Positions 38,430 to 47,196 of a stretch of 64,000 nucleotides of DNA are shown here, piece by piece. Position numbers and translations under genes: made by a program. How positions within the stretch are numbered: position 1 is the stretch's first letter; every line of letters starts with the position of its first letter. This DNA comes from an uncultured Candidatus Saccharibacteria bacterium (lineage in GTDB: Bacteria; Patescibacteriota; Minisyncoccia; Phycocordibacterales; CALRHW01). The stretch is taken from the NCBI GenBank assembly GCA_964390845.1, contig CAYMIL010000001.1, positions 11,307 to 75,306 on the forward strand. The letters are read 5' to 3'. The notes below the pieces were generated by a model, which did no database searches, was not told where the DNA came from, and was given only the letters and a program-made list of their open reading frames with translations.

Positions 38430-38996
38430 ATGAATCAGAAAAAACCAGCCGTTGTAAAGTGGGCTCTTATCATAGGTATCACTATTGTTCTTAACCTCTT
38501 TTTCAATTACGCCGCGTCGCTTGTATTTACACAGCCTGAATATAATAATTTCTGCCCTCAAGCTCAGGTGATGCAAGCATTGTCTGACGAGCGTGCGTGT
38601 GTGCAAGCTGGTGGTCAGTGGAATGGATACGCAACGCCTGTTATGGAAAAATCTGCAACGGGACAAACTGTTGCTGTGAGTGGCTATTGCGATCCGCAGT
38701 TTACATGTCGACAAAATTTTGATGCCGCACAAAAAACATATGACAGAAATGTGTTCGTGACACTTGTTGTGCTTGGGGTTCTCTGTATCGCGTACGCTCT
38801 TATTTCCAGAAAAAATGAAGTATTGGCTACAGCGCTGTCCTTTGGAGGTGTGTTGTCGTTTGTTATTGCTTCGATGAGATATTGGTCCCACGCAGACAAC
38901 ATCCTCAAGGTCGTCATTCTTGGTCTCGCGCTTGCGATACTGGTTGGTATTACACTTCGAACATTTAAAGATAGCAGTGAAACAGTACGATCATAA
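38430..38996 (+). CDS. Hypothetical membrane protein with a Cys-containing loop
   Basis: About 4 TMs; C..C..C..C in the loop after the first TM. Confidence 0.75.
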   Translation: MNQKKPAVVKWALIIGITIVLNLFFNYAASLVFTQPEYNNFCPQAQVMQALSDERACVQAGGQWNGYATPVMEKSATGQTVAVSGYCDPQFTCRQNFDAAQKTYDRNVFVTLVVLGVLCIAYALISRKNEVLATALSFGGVLSFVIASMRYWSHADNILKVVILGLALAILVGITLRTFKDSSETVRS

Positions 38997-40830
38997 AAAA
39001 GTAGAAAAAAAGTGGCAGGGATTGTGGGAGAAGAAGCAACTTCACGTGGTGGATGATGCTTCAGTCAAACCAAAGTTCTATGCACTCATGGAGTTTCCGT
39101 TTCCTTCTGGAGATGGTCTTCATGTTGGTCATGTACGAGGAAATGTAGCTATGGACGTTGTGGCGCGTAAGCGTCGAGCAGAGGGGTACAACGTACTCTT
39201 TCCGACAGGCTGGGATGCTTTTGGTTTGCCGACAGAAAACGCGGCAATAAAAAACAAAGTATCACCGCAGAAGATTAGTAAGCGCAACACGACAAACTTC
39301 AAAAAACAAATGAAGCGACTCGGGCTATCGTTTGATTGGACACGAGAGATCAATACAACGGACCCCGCATACTACAAGTGGACCCAGTGGTTGTTTCTTC
39401 AGTTTTACAAACACGGCCTTGCATACAAGGCAAAAATGACAATCAATTGGTGTCCGAAAGATAAGATCGGGCTCGCAAATGAAGAGGTGGTTAACGGTTT
39501 TTGTGAGCGTTGTGGCACTGCGGTAGAGAAACGCGATAAAGAACAGTGGATGCTTGCGATTACGAAGTATGCAGACCGACTTGCAAAAGACCTTGATCTT
39601 ACCGAATTTCCAGAACATATAAAAACTCAACAGAGGCACTGGATTGCTGGTCTTCGAGATTGGGTATTTTCTCGTCAGCGATATTGGGGTGAACCTATTC
39701 CAATGGTGCATTGTGAGGCGTGTGGGTGGGTTCCTGTGCCAGAGCAAGAGTTACCCGTTACTCTTCCGCGCGTCAAAAAATATGAGCCGACAGATACCGG
39801 TGAATCTCCACTGGCGGCTATTTCTTCGTGGGTGCAGACAACATGTCCGACATGTGGAGGGAAAGCACAGAGAGAAACAGACACGATGCCAAACTGGGCT
39901 GGTTCAAGCTGGTATTTCCTCCGTTTTATTGATCCTAAAAATACAAACACATTTGCTGATACGGGAAAGCTTGAGCGATGGATGCCGGTGGATTGGTACA
40001 ACGGCGGCATGGAACACACAACATTGCATCTGTTGTACTCTCGATTCTGGAATAAGTTTTTGTTTGATTGTGGTCTTGTGCCCACGACAGAGCCATACAA
40101 ACGTCGCACATCTCACGGCATGATTTTGGGTCCGGATGGAGAAAAGATGTCAAAATCTCGAGGCAACGTCATTAACCCAGATGAGGTGATTATGCATGTT
40201 GGTGCTGATACGTTGCGAGTCTATGAAATGTTTATTGGTCCTTTTGACCAGGCGGTGTCGTGGAGTACCGATTCCATCGCAGGTTCGCGACGCTTTTTGG
40301 AGCGCGTGTGGCGTTTGCAAGAACACGTTTCAAAAGACAATATTTCCGTGTCTGATGCTCTCAACGGATCTGTAGCTAAGGCAATCAAAAAAGTATCTGA
40401 CGACATTGAGCGCGCGGCCTTTAATACCGCAATCTCTGCGCTCATGATTTTGACAAATGAATTTGAAAAAGAGATAGGTGAGGGGAAGAATATTTCTCGT
40501 ATGCAGTATGAAACGCTCTTACAGCTTCTTGCTCCGTTTGCGCCACATATTACCAATGAATTATGGTCGTTGCTTGGCAACAAGACACCACTTGCTTTTG
40601 CGCCATGGCCACAGGCACAGGGAGGGGCGTTTGAATCCCAGACAAAAATGATTGCCGTACAGGTAAATGGTAAGGTGCGAGCCGAGGTAGAGGTGGCAAA
40701 AACAGAGACTGAAGAAGAAATAAGGGCTAAAACACTAGCGTTGCCCGCAGTGTCTAAGTGGCTTGAAGGTAAACAGGTGGTAAAAGTTATATATGTAAAA
40801 GACCGTTTGGTCAATATTGTGCTTCAATAA
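38977..40830 (+). CDS. leuS: Leucine--tRNA ligase lacking the CP1 editing domain
   Basis: FPFPSGDGLHVGH, GWDAFGLP, QRHWI-AG-LRDWVFSRQRYWG, KMSKS, VQVNGKVR. Confidence 0.95.
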   Translation: MKQYDHKKVEKKWQGLWEKKQLHVVDDASVKPKFYALMEFPFPSGDGLHVGHVRGNVAMDVVARKRRAEGYNVLFPTGWDAFGLPTENAAIKNKVSPQKISKRNTTNFKKQMKRLGLSFDWTREINTTDPAYYKWTQWLFLQFYKHGLAYKAKMTINWCPKDKIGLANEEVVNGFCERCGTAVEKRDKEQWMLAITKYADRLAKDLDLTEFPEHIKTQQRHWIAGLRDWVFSRQRYWGEPIPMVHCEACGWVPVPEQELPVTLPRVKKYEPTDTGESPLAAISSWVQTTCPTCGGKAQRETDTMPNWAGSSWYFLRFIDPKNTNTFADTGKLERWMPVDWYNGGMEHTTLHLLYSRFWNKFLFDCGLVPTTEPYKRRTSHGMILGPDGEKMSKSRGNVINPDEVIMHVGADTLRVYEMFIGPFDQAVSWSTDSIAGSRRFLERVWRLQEHVSKDNISVSDALNGSVAKAIKKVSDDIERAAFNTAISALMILTNEFEKEIGEGKNISRMQYETLLQLLAPFAPHITNELWSLLGNKTPLAFAPWPQAQGGAFESQTKMIAVQVNGKVRAEVEVAKTETEEEIRAKTLALPAVSKWLEGKQVVKVIYVKDRLVNIVLQ

Positions 40831-40891
40831 TTTGTGTGGACTTGACAAGTTTGCGCAATTAGATTAATAATTGTGTTACAACGTTTACACG

Positions 40892-41947
40892 ATGACAGCA
40901 AAACGTACAAAAGAAAAAGGTCCATCACTCTCCTTCAACCCTAAGCAGGCGACAAAACGCCTGCTTGGCGTATTAGCGGAGCGCGCACGTGATGTTGTCG
41001 TCAACCGTTACGGACTCAGTACCGACCCTCGCAAAATGACACTCGAGGCAATTGGTAAAAAATACGATATTACTCGAGAACGTGTTCGACAAATCGAAAA
41101 CTATTCCCTCGCAAATATCCGAAAATCCAAAGAATATGCTCGAGAAAAGAAAACATTTGACGAGCTTCGAGAATATATCAAACAGCTTGGAAGCGTTGTG
41201 TCTGAACACGACATCCTCGAGCACATGTCGAAAGATAAAAGCGTTCAAAATCACGCACATTTTCTTCTTGTCGTCGGTGAGGAATTTAAAAAAGAAAAAG
41301 AAGACGATGAATTTAAACATCGATGGCATATCGACTCTCGTCTTGCAGACAAAATCCACGAGTCTCTCCGCAAACTTTACTCAAGTCTTTCAGACGATGC
41401 TATTATCCCTGAAGCAGACATGGTTACCGCTTTTCTCGATCACATTAAAGATGTGAATGAGGAATACAAAAATGAAGAAGTGATCAAGCGATGGCTCGGT
41501 CTTTCAAAAAAGCTTGGTAAAAACTCTTTGGGTGAGTGGGGACGCGCACAATCATCAAATATCAATGCAAAAGGTATGCGAGATTATGCATTCTTGGTTA
41601 TTCGAAAGCACGGATCGCCGATTCATTTCCGTGAAGTTGCAAATTCAATCGAAAAAATCTTTAAAAAGAAAGCACACGTCGCAACAACTCATAACGAACT
41701 CATCAAAGACCCTCGCTTTGTGCTCGTTGGACGCGGTCTCTACGCGCTCGCGGAGTGGGGCTACATGAGCGGTGTCGTGAAAGATGTCATCCGAAAGATT
41801 CTCGAAAAGGAAGGACCGCTTACTCGGGAAGAGATTATCGATAAGGTTCTCAAAGAACGATACGTCAAAGAAAATACAATCCTCGTCAATCTTCAGAATC
41901 CAAAATTCTTTAAGAAAGACAAGCAGGGAAAATATAGTATCGCGTAA
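40892..41947 (+). CDS. Sigma70 region-4 HTH plus C-terminal winged-HTH (HARE-HTH/RNAP delta-like) protein
   Basis: TLEAIG..ITRERVRQIE; HNELIKDPRFVLVGRGLYALAEWG. Confidence 0.8.
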   Translation: MTAKRTKEKGPSLSFNPKQATKRLLGVLAERARDVVVNRYGLSTDPRKMTLEAIGKKYDITRERVRQIENYSLANIRKSKEYAREKKTFDELREYIKQLGSVVSEHDILEHMSKDKSVQNHAHFLLVVGEEFKKEKEDDEFKHRWHIDSRLADKIHESLRKLYSSLSDDAIIPEADMVTAFLDHIKDVNEEYKNEEVIKRWLGLSKKLGKNSLGEWGRAQSSNINAKGMRDYAFLVIRKHGSPIHFREVANSIEKIFKKKAHVATTHNELIKDPRFVLVGRGLYALAEWGYMSGVVKDVIRKILEKEGPLTREEIIDKVLKERYVKENTILVNLQNPKFFKKDKQGKYSIA

Positions 41948-41991
41948 CATCCCCTTCTGTGGGGATGTTTTCGTATGGTAGAATATATGGC

Positions 41992-43233
41992 ATGGATGTA
42001 CTGATACATATTTTACGTTCAGAAATATTGTGGAGCATATTGTCGTGGATATACACGCTTACTCCGTTATGGCTCCCCATCGTTCTCCTTATTATATTTT
42101 TTAAAAAATGGATTGCTCTTATTCAGACACAGTTTATTGAAAAAGAGGGTTCTGTATTGCTTGAGATTAAGCTCCCACAAGAAATTACAAAATCTCCTGC
42201 GGCGATGGAGCTTGTATTGCTCTCAATGCACCAGCTCGCGAAAAATAACCTCATCGATGCATATATTACTGGCAAAACTCGGCCATGGTTTTCTCTTGAG
42301 CTCGTATCAATTGGCGGTTCGGTAAAGTTCTTCATCTGGGCGCGCAAACGCTTCCGCAAGATGGTTGAGACACAGATTTACGCCCAGTATCCAACAGTCG
42401 AGGTGCACGAAGCGCAAGACTACGCGATGGAAGTACATCATCCGGGAAAGCTTACGCGTAAAGACCTGATGCCGTTTTGGGCAGGGCATTTTGTACTCAC
42501 AAAAGATGATGTGTATCCGATAAAGACATATATCGACTACGGGCTCGATAAAGATCCAAAGGAAGAGTACAAGATTGATCCAATGACACCAATGCTCGAG
42601 TATCTTGGTTCACTAAAGCCGGGGGAACAGGCGTGGGTGCAAATTTTGATTCGAGCACACCGAAAAGAAGGCTTTACAGACATCCGTCTTTCTAAAAAGC
42701 CAGATTGGACTGATGCTGGCAAGAAAGAGATCAAAGAAAAGATGGAAAAGTTGAAAGAGGAAGGGGAAAATGGTTCTCGAACTCGTCAACCTACAAAAGT
42801 TGAGGCCGATGTTATTACCGCGCTTGAGCGAAGTCTCACAAAGGCACCTTTCGAGGTGGGTATTCGTGGTTTTTATATCGCGCCCCCAGATGTATTTAAC
42901 CCAGCAAATATTCCGGGTATTATTGGAAGCTTCAAACAGTACGGCTCAGAGCATCTCAACGGCTTTAAGCCATCAAAGGCGACGACATTTGATTTCCCAT
43001 GGCAAGATTTCGGACGCCGCAAACAAACTAAAAACGAAAAAAAAATGCTTGAAGCATATAAGCGCCGATCATTCTTTGAGATACCGTTTAAGTTTTACCG
43101 CGTTGACCCCTTTATCCTAAATGTTGAAGAGCTCGCGACAATTTTCCACTTCCCAGGACGTGTTGCGACAACACCTACAATTCAAAAGACAACCTCAACA
43201 AAGGGTCAGCCTCCACCAAATCTTCCTGTATAG
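41992..43233 (+). CDS. Hypothetical membrane-anchored protein
   Basis: N-terminal TM; FSLELVS..IYAQYP..ELATIFHFP; by recollection resembles domains linked to CPR coupling-protein ATPases (unverified). Confidence 0.7.
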   Translation: MDVLIHILRSEILWSILSWIYTLTPLWLPIVLLIIFFKKWIALIQTQFIEKEGSVLLEIKLPQEITKSPAAMELVLLSMHQLAKNNLIDAYITGKTRPWFSLELVSIGGSVKFFIWARKRFRKMVETQIYAQYPTVEVHEAQDYAMEVHHPGKLTRKDLMPFWAGHFVLTKDDVYPIKTYIDYGLDKDPKEEYKIDPMTPMLEYLGSLKPGEQAWVQILIRAHRKEGFTDIRLSKKPDWTDAGKKEIKEKMEKLKEEGENGSRTRQPTKVEADVITALERSLTKAPFEVGIRGFYIAPPDVFNPANIPGIIGSFKQYGSEHLNGFKPSKATTFDFPWQDFGRRKQTKNEKKMLEAYKRRSFFEIPFKFYRVDPFILNVEELATIFHFPGRVATTPTIQKTTSTKGQPPPNLPV

Positions 43234-43236
43234 TCG

Positions 43237-44223
43237 ATGGATCCAGAACAGACACAGCAGAATACACAGTACGCTCGAGTGCGCGCCCATACTCGTTTTA
43301 TCTACGGTATCGGTGGGGCAATTATTTTTCTCACACTCGTCTACGTTGCATGTTGTCGGCCGCCAAAAGATTTTCCCGTCGGTACTACGTACACTGTCGA
43401 AGAGGGAATATCTCTCTCTCGTGTCGCGCAAGACCTTGCAAATCATCATGTCGTGTCTTCTCCGTTTATGTTTACACGTTTGGTGGTTGCGCTTGGTAAG
43501 GAAAATAATATACAGGCGGGGGACTATATGTTTGAAGAGCCTCTCACAATGTTTTCTGTTGCTCTGAGGCTCGTTACGGGCGATCACGGCATTACACCTG
43601 TGCGAATTACGATACCCGAAGGATACAATGTGTTTGAAATAGCGGATCTGGCGCGTCAGGGCCTCGATTCTTTTGACCCAAAGCGTTTTATTGAGATTGC
43701 GCAAGAAGGGTATATGTTTCCTGATACATATTTGTTTCGTCCTGATAGCACCGAAGAAGATGTCGCTGAACGTATGGAGAAAAACTTTGAAGAAAAAATT
43801 GCCACACTTTCAGATGATATTCACGCGTTCGGTAAGCCACTTAAAGACGTACTTATTATCGCGTCCATTCTTGAAGAGGAGGCGCGAACAACAGAAAGTC
43901 GGGAAATTATTTCTGGTATTTTATGGAAACGACTCGAGCTCGGTATGCCTTTGCAGGTTGATGTGACGTTTAAGTATATTAATGGGAAAAATACGTACGA
44001 ACTTTCACAGGATGATCTTGAAATTGATTCTCCATACAACACGTACAAATATGCTGGTTTACCACCAACACCTATCGCAAATCCTGGCTTAGATTCTTTG
44101 CGCGCGGCAGTACATCCACGAGAGACTCCGTATCTGTATTTCCTCTCTTCAAAAGAGGGCGCGATGTACTATGCCAAAGATTTTGAGGGGCATAAACGTA
44201 ATCGTGCGCTATACTTAGACTAA
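43237..44223 (+). CDS. mltG: Endolytic transglycosylase MltG
   Basis: TIPEG, EGYMFPDTY, ASILEEE, SPYNTY..GLPPTPIANPG. Confidence 0.95.
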   Translation: MDPEQTQQNTQYARVRAHTRFIYGIGGAIIFLTLVYVACCRPPKDFPVGTTYTVEEGISLSRVAQDLANHHVVSSPFMFTRLVVALGKENNIQAGDYMFEEPLTMFSVALRLVTGDHGITPVRITIPEGYNVFEIADLARQGLDSFDPKRFIEIAQEGYMFPDTYLFRPDSTEEDVAERMEKNFEEKIATLSDDIHAFGKPLKDVLIIASILEEEARTTESREIISGILWKRLELGMPLQVDVTFKYINGKNTYELSQDDLEIDSPYNTYKYAGLPPTPIANPGLDSLRAAVHPRETPYLYFLSSKEGAMYYAKDFEGHKRNRALYLD

Positions 44224-44224
44224 T

Positions 44225-45055
44225 ATGACCAAACAGAAATTCGTAGTAAAAGCAGATGGCACAAAGGAAGTATTTGATGGCAACAAGCTTGAGCAGTCGT
44301 TGCAACACTCAAAAGCATCTCCGCATGTTGTGAGGCTTATTGTTGAACACATTGAAAAAGAAATTGGCGAGGAAACAAAAACAGTAGACATTTTTGAACA
44401 CGCCTCAGCACTGCTTAGAAAATTTGAGCGACCTACGGCATTTCGATATTCACTGAAGCGCGCGATCATGGACCTTGGACCAACAGGTTTTCCATTTGAA
44501 GATTTTGTCGCGGAGATTTTTAAAGCGCGTGGATACACCACGCTCACAGACCAACGTGTACTTGGTAATTGCGTGGAGCATGAAGTCGACGTTGTTGCAT
44601 ACAACGACGACAAGTTGATTATGACTGAGGTTAAGTTTCATAATGAACCAGGGCTTCGCTCCGACCTTAAAGTGGCGCTCTATGTGAAAGCACGTTTTGA
44701 TGATCTCTCAGATAAAGAATTTGAAGGGTATGGGAAAAAACGCACACTCACAGAAGGATGGCTTGTTACAAACACAAAATTTACTTCAACAGCAATTCAT
44801 TATGGCCTGTGCAAAGGTATCCACATGATTGGTTGGAATTATCCCGATAAAGATAATCTACAGACACTTGTTGAGCAGTACGCACTGCATCCAATCACGT
44901 GTCTGCGCTCTCTTACACAGACACAGATGAGACAGATTGTTGCTGAAAATGTTGTGTTGTGTAAGACGCTTGCGGAACGCACCGACCTCATGAAATCTAT
45001 CGGGCTAACAGACGACGAAATACACGCTGTTGTTGAGGAAATTAATATTTTGTAA
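44225..45055 (+). CDS. ATP-cone plus restriction-endonuclease-like (Mrr-type) protein
   Basis: VVKADG..FD..KL (ATP cone); GFPFE, HEVDVVA, EVKFHN, LVTNTKF. Confidence 0.82.
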   Translation: MTKQKFVVKADGTKEVFDGNKLEQSLQHSKASPHVVRLIVEHIEKEIGEETKTVDIFEHASALLRKFERPTAFRYSLKRAIMDLGPTGFPFEDFVAEIFKARGYTTLTDQRVLGNCVEHEVDVVAYNDDKLIMTEVKFHNEPGLRSDLKVALYVKARFDDLSDKEFEGYGKKRTLTEGWLVTNTKFTSTAIHYGLCKGIHMIGWNYPDKDNLQTLVEQYALHPITCLRSLTQTQMRQIVAENVVLCKTLAERTDLMKSIGLTDDEIHAVVEEINIL

Positions 45056-45064
45056 TATACACAT

Positions 45065-45571
45065 ATGCACGTATTTATTTACCCTTATATTATCCCGTTT
45101 CTTCAGTTGGTGTTGGCGATGTTGCTCGGCGCGCTTTTGGGTTTTGAGCGTACATTTGCAGGAAAGACTGCAGGGGTTCGTACATACGGTCTCGTATGCA
45201 TGGGGTCATGTTTGTTTGTGGTCATCTCAACACTCGTATCGGGTATGTTTGTACACTCTATCGACTTTGACCCACTTCGCCTTGCGGCGGGAGTGGTAAC
45301 GGGTGTTGGTTTCTTGGGTGCTGGCCTTATTGTGTTTAAAGACTCAAAGCTCAATGGCCTCACTACCGCAGCTGGTTTGTGGGTATCTTGTGGTATCGGT
45401 ATGGCGGTTGGCTTTAAGCTATTCGCGGTAGCGGTTTTTGCAACGATTCTTACGTTCGCAACATTTACTGTATTGTGGTCTCTTGAAGATAAAATAAAAG
45501 ATGCGCTCAAAGATGATCTCCTTCCCAACGATTCCGACGATACAACGCGCCCTACTCATAACGTCGCATAA
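45065..45571 (+). CDS. MgtC/SapB family membrane protein
   Basis: GFER..AGVRT, GVGFLGAG, GLTTAAGLW. Confidence 0.93.
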   Translation: MHVFIYPYIIPFLQLVLAMLLGALLGFERTFAGKTAGVRTYGLVCMGSCLFVVISTLVSGMFVHSIDFDPLRLAAGVVTGVGFLGAGLIVFKDSKLNGLTTAAGLWVSCGIGMAVGFKLFAVAVFATILTFATFTVLWSLEDKIKDALKDDLLPNDSDDTTRPTHNVA

Positions 45572-45576
45572 GATTA

Positions 45577-46326
45577 GTGGCTGAATACGGATACAAAAAA
45601 AGAAGTGCGTCATGGAATTATGGTGGACCACAGTGGAAATTGAGTCGATCAAAAATCGACCTGTTCCTCAACTGTCCTCGTTGTTTTTATCTAGATAATA
45701 AACTTGGTATAAAACGTCCAGACACCCCACCGTTTACACTCAATGTTGCTGTCGATGCATTGCTCAAAAAAGAATTTGATATACACCGCGCCCACAAGCG
45801 ACCTCATCCGCTTATGGATACCTACGGAATAGATGCGGTGCCTTTTTCACACAAAGATCTTGAAGCGTGGAGGCACAACTTTACAGGAATCCAGCATATA
45901 CATAAGCCAACAGGACTTCTTGTGTCGGGTGCTGTTGATGATATTTGGGTCAACCCAGCAGGAGAGCTGATTGTTGTTGATTATAAAGCAACAGCAAAAG
46001 ATGGCTCCATCGACAAGCTCGAAGATACAAAATGGCACAACCAGTATCGTCGCCAGATGGAGGTGTATCAATGGCTACTTAGGGGAAAGAAGTTTTCTGT
46101 GTCGGATACTGGATATTTTGTGTATGTAAATGGAAAAACAGATAAAGAGTCGTTTGATGGAAAGCTTGAGTTTGATGTGACTATTATTCCGTACACTGGC
46201 TCTGATGCCTGGATTGAGGATGTGTTGTACGATATTCACACGTGTCTGGAAAGCGACACCCCTCCGGTACCCACAAAAACCTGTGATTATTGCTCGTATA
46301 TTGAAGCGATGTCCGACGTGGTATGA
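45577..46326 (+). CDS. PD-(D/E)XK nuclease (Cas4/AddB-like)
   Basis: LSRS..CPRCFY, GAVDD, VDYK, QMEVY, CDYC. Confidence 0.85.
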   Translation: MAEYGYKKRSASWNYGGPQWKLSRSKIDLFLNCPRCFYLDNKLGIKRPDTPPFTLNVAVDALLKKEFDIHRAHKRPHPLMDTYGIDAVPFSHKDLEAWRHNFTGIQHIHKPTGLLVSGAVDDIWVNPAGELIVVDYKATAKDGSIDKLEDTKWHNQYRRQMEVYQWLLRGKKFSVSDTGYFVYVNGKTDKESFDGKLEFDVTIIPYTGSDAWIEDVLYDIHTCLESDTPPVPTKTCDYCSYIEAMSDVV

Positions 46327-46333
46327 TGTCCGC

Positions 46334-46603
46334 ATGTCAGAGGACACATTTACTCGTAGGGTATTGTCGATTGTGCGCGATATTCCTCGTGGTTCTGTGA
46401 TGACCTACGGTCACGTTGCGAGCCTCGCCGGTAGCCCTGGCGCTAGTCGTGCGGTGGGCAGTATTCTTAAAAAAAATTATAATCCCGATATCCCGTGCCA
46501 CAGAGTCATCCGTTCAAATGGTACACTTGGTCGTTACAATCGCGGTGATGCAAAAAAAGCTCAACTACTTGCCTCGGAGGGTTATTGCAACTACACACCA
46601 TGA
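46334..46603 (+). CDS. O6-alkylguanine-DNA alkyltransferase, C-terminal domain only (MGMT family)
   Basis: IPRG..TYG..A..AG..RAVG; IPCHRVI with the active Cys. Confidence 0.9.
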   Translation: MSEDTFTRRVLSIVRDIPRGSVMTYGHVASLAGSPGASRAVGSILKKNYNPDIPCHRVIRSNGTLGRYNRGDAKKAQLLASEGYCNYTP

Positions 46604-47196
46604 ACGACAAGAGAGAAAAAATGAAACAGGTCCGAGACGATGTCTTTGCACTCGAAGCCTCTCCACTCTATGCGGTTCGTGTTGCGCATAAGACATTTCC
46701 CGTAATTGGTGAAGGAGACCACGACGCGCGGATTATGTTTATCGGCGAGGCGCCAGGAAAAAATGAGGCAGCAACAGGACGTCCGTTTGTTGGCGCGTCG
46801 GGTAAAATTTTAAACGAGTTGCTTGAGTCAGTTTCTATTGCCCGCGAAAAAGTGTACATCACAAACATTGTAAAAGATCGTCCTCCACAAAACCGCGATC
46901 CATTGCCAGAAGAGATAGACATATACGCACCCTTTCTTGATCGACAAATAGATATTATTCAGCCGGCTGTAATAGCAACACTCGGCCGCTTTGCGATGAT
47001 ATATAGTATGAAAAAATTTGGTCTTGAGGCACAACTGGAGCCAATTTCCAAACTGCACGGCAGGGAATTTACCGTGCAAGCATCCTATGGTCCTATCACA
47101 CTACTTCCTCTGTACCACCCAGCGGTTGCCGTGTATAATTCGACCACAAAAGACATGCTCAAAGAGGATTTTAAGATACTCAAAAAATATTTATGA
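46600..47196 (+). CDS. Uracil-DNA glycosylase family 4, Cys-free
   Basis: IGEAPG..E..GRPFVG, RPPQNRDP, YHPA. Confidence 0.92.
   Translation: MNDKREKMKQVRDDVFALEASPLYAVRVAHKTFPVIGEGDHDARIMFIGEAPGKNEAATGRPFVGASGKILNELLESVSIAREKVYITNIVKDRPPQNRDPLPEEIDIYAPFLDRQIDIIQPAVIATLGRFAMIYSMKKFGLEAQLEPISKLHGREFTVQASYGPITLLPLYHPAVAVYNSTTKDMLKEDFKILKKYL

Noticed and set aside
45577-46326. Cas4 as part of a CRISPR system
   Set aside because: No cas1/cas2 genes and no repeat-spacer array in the window
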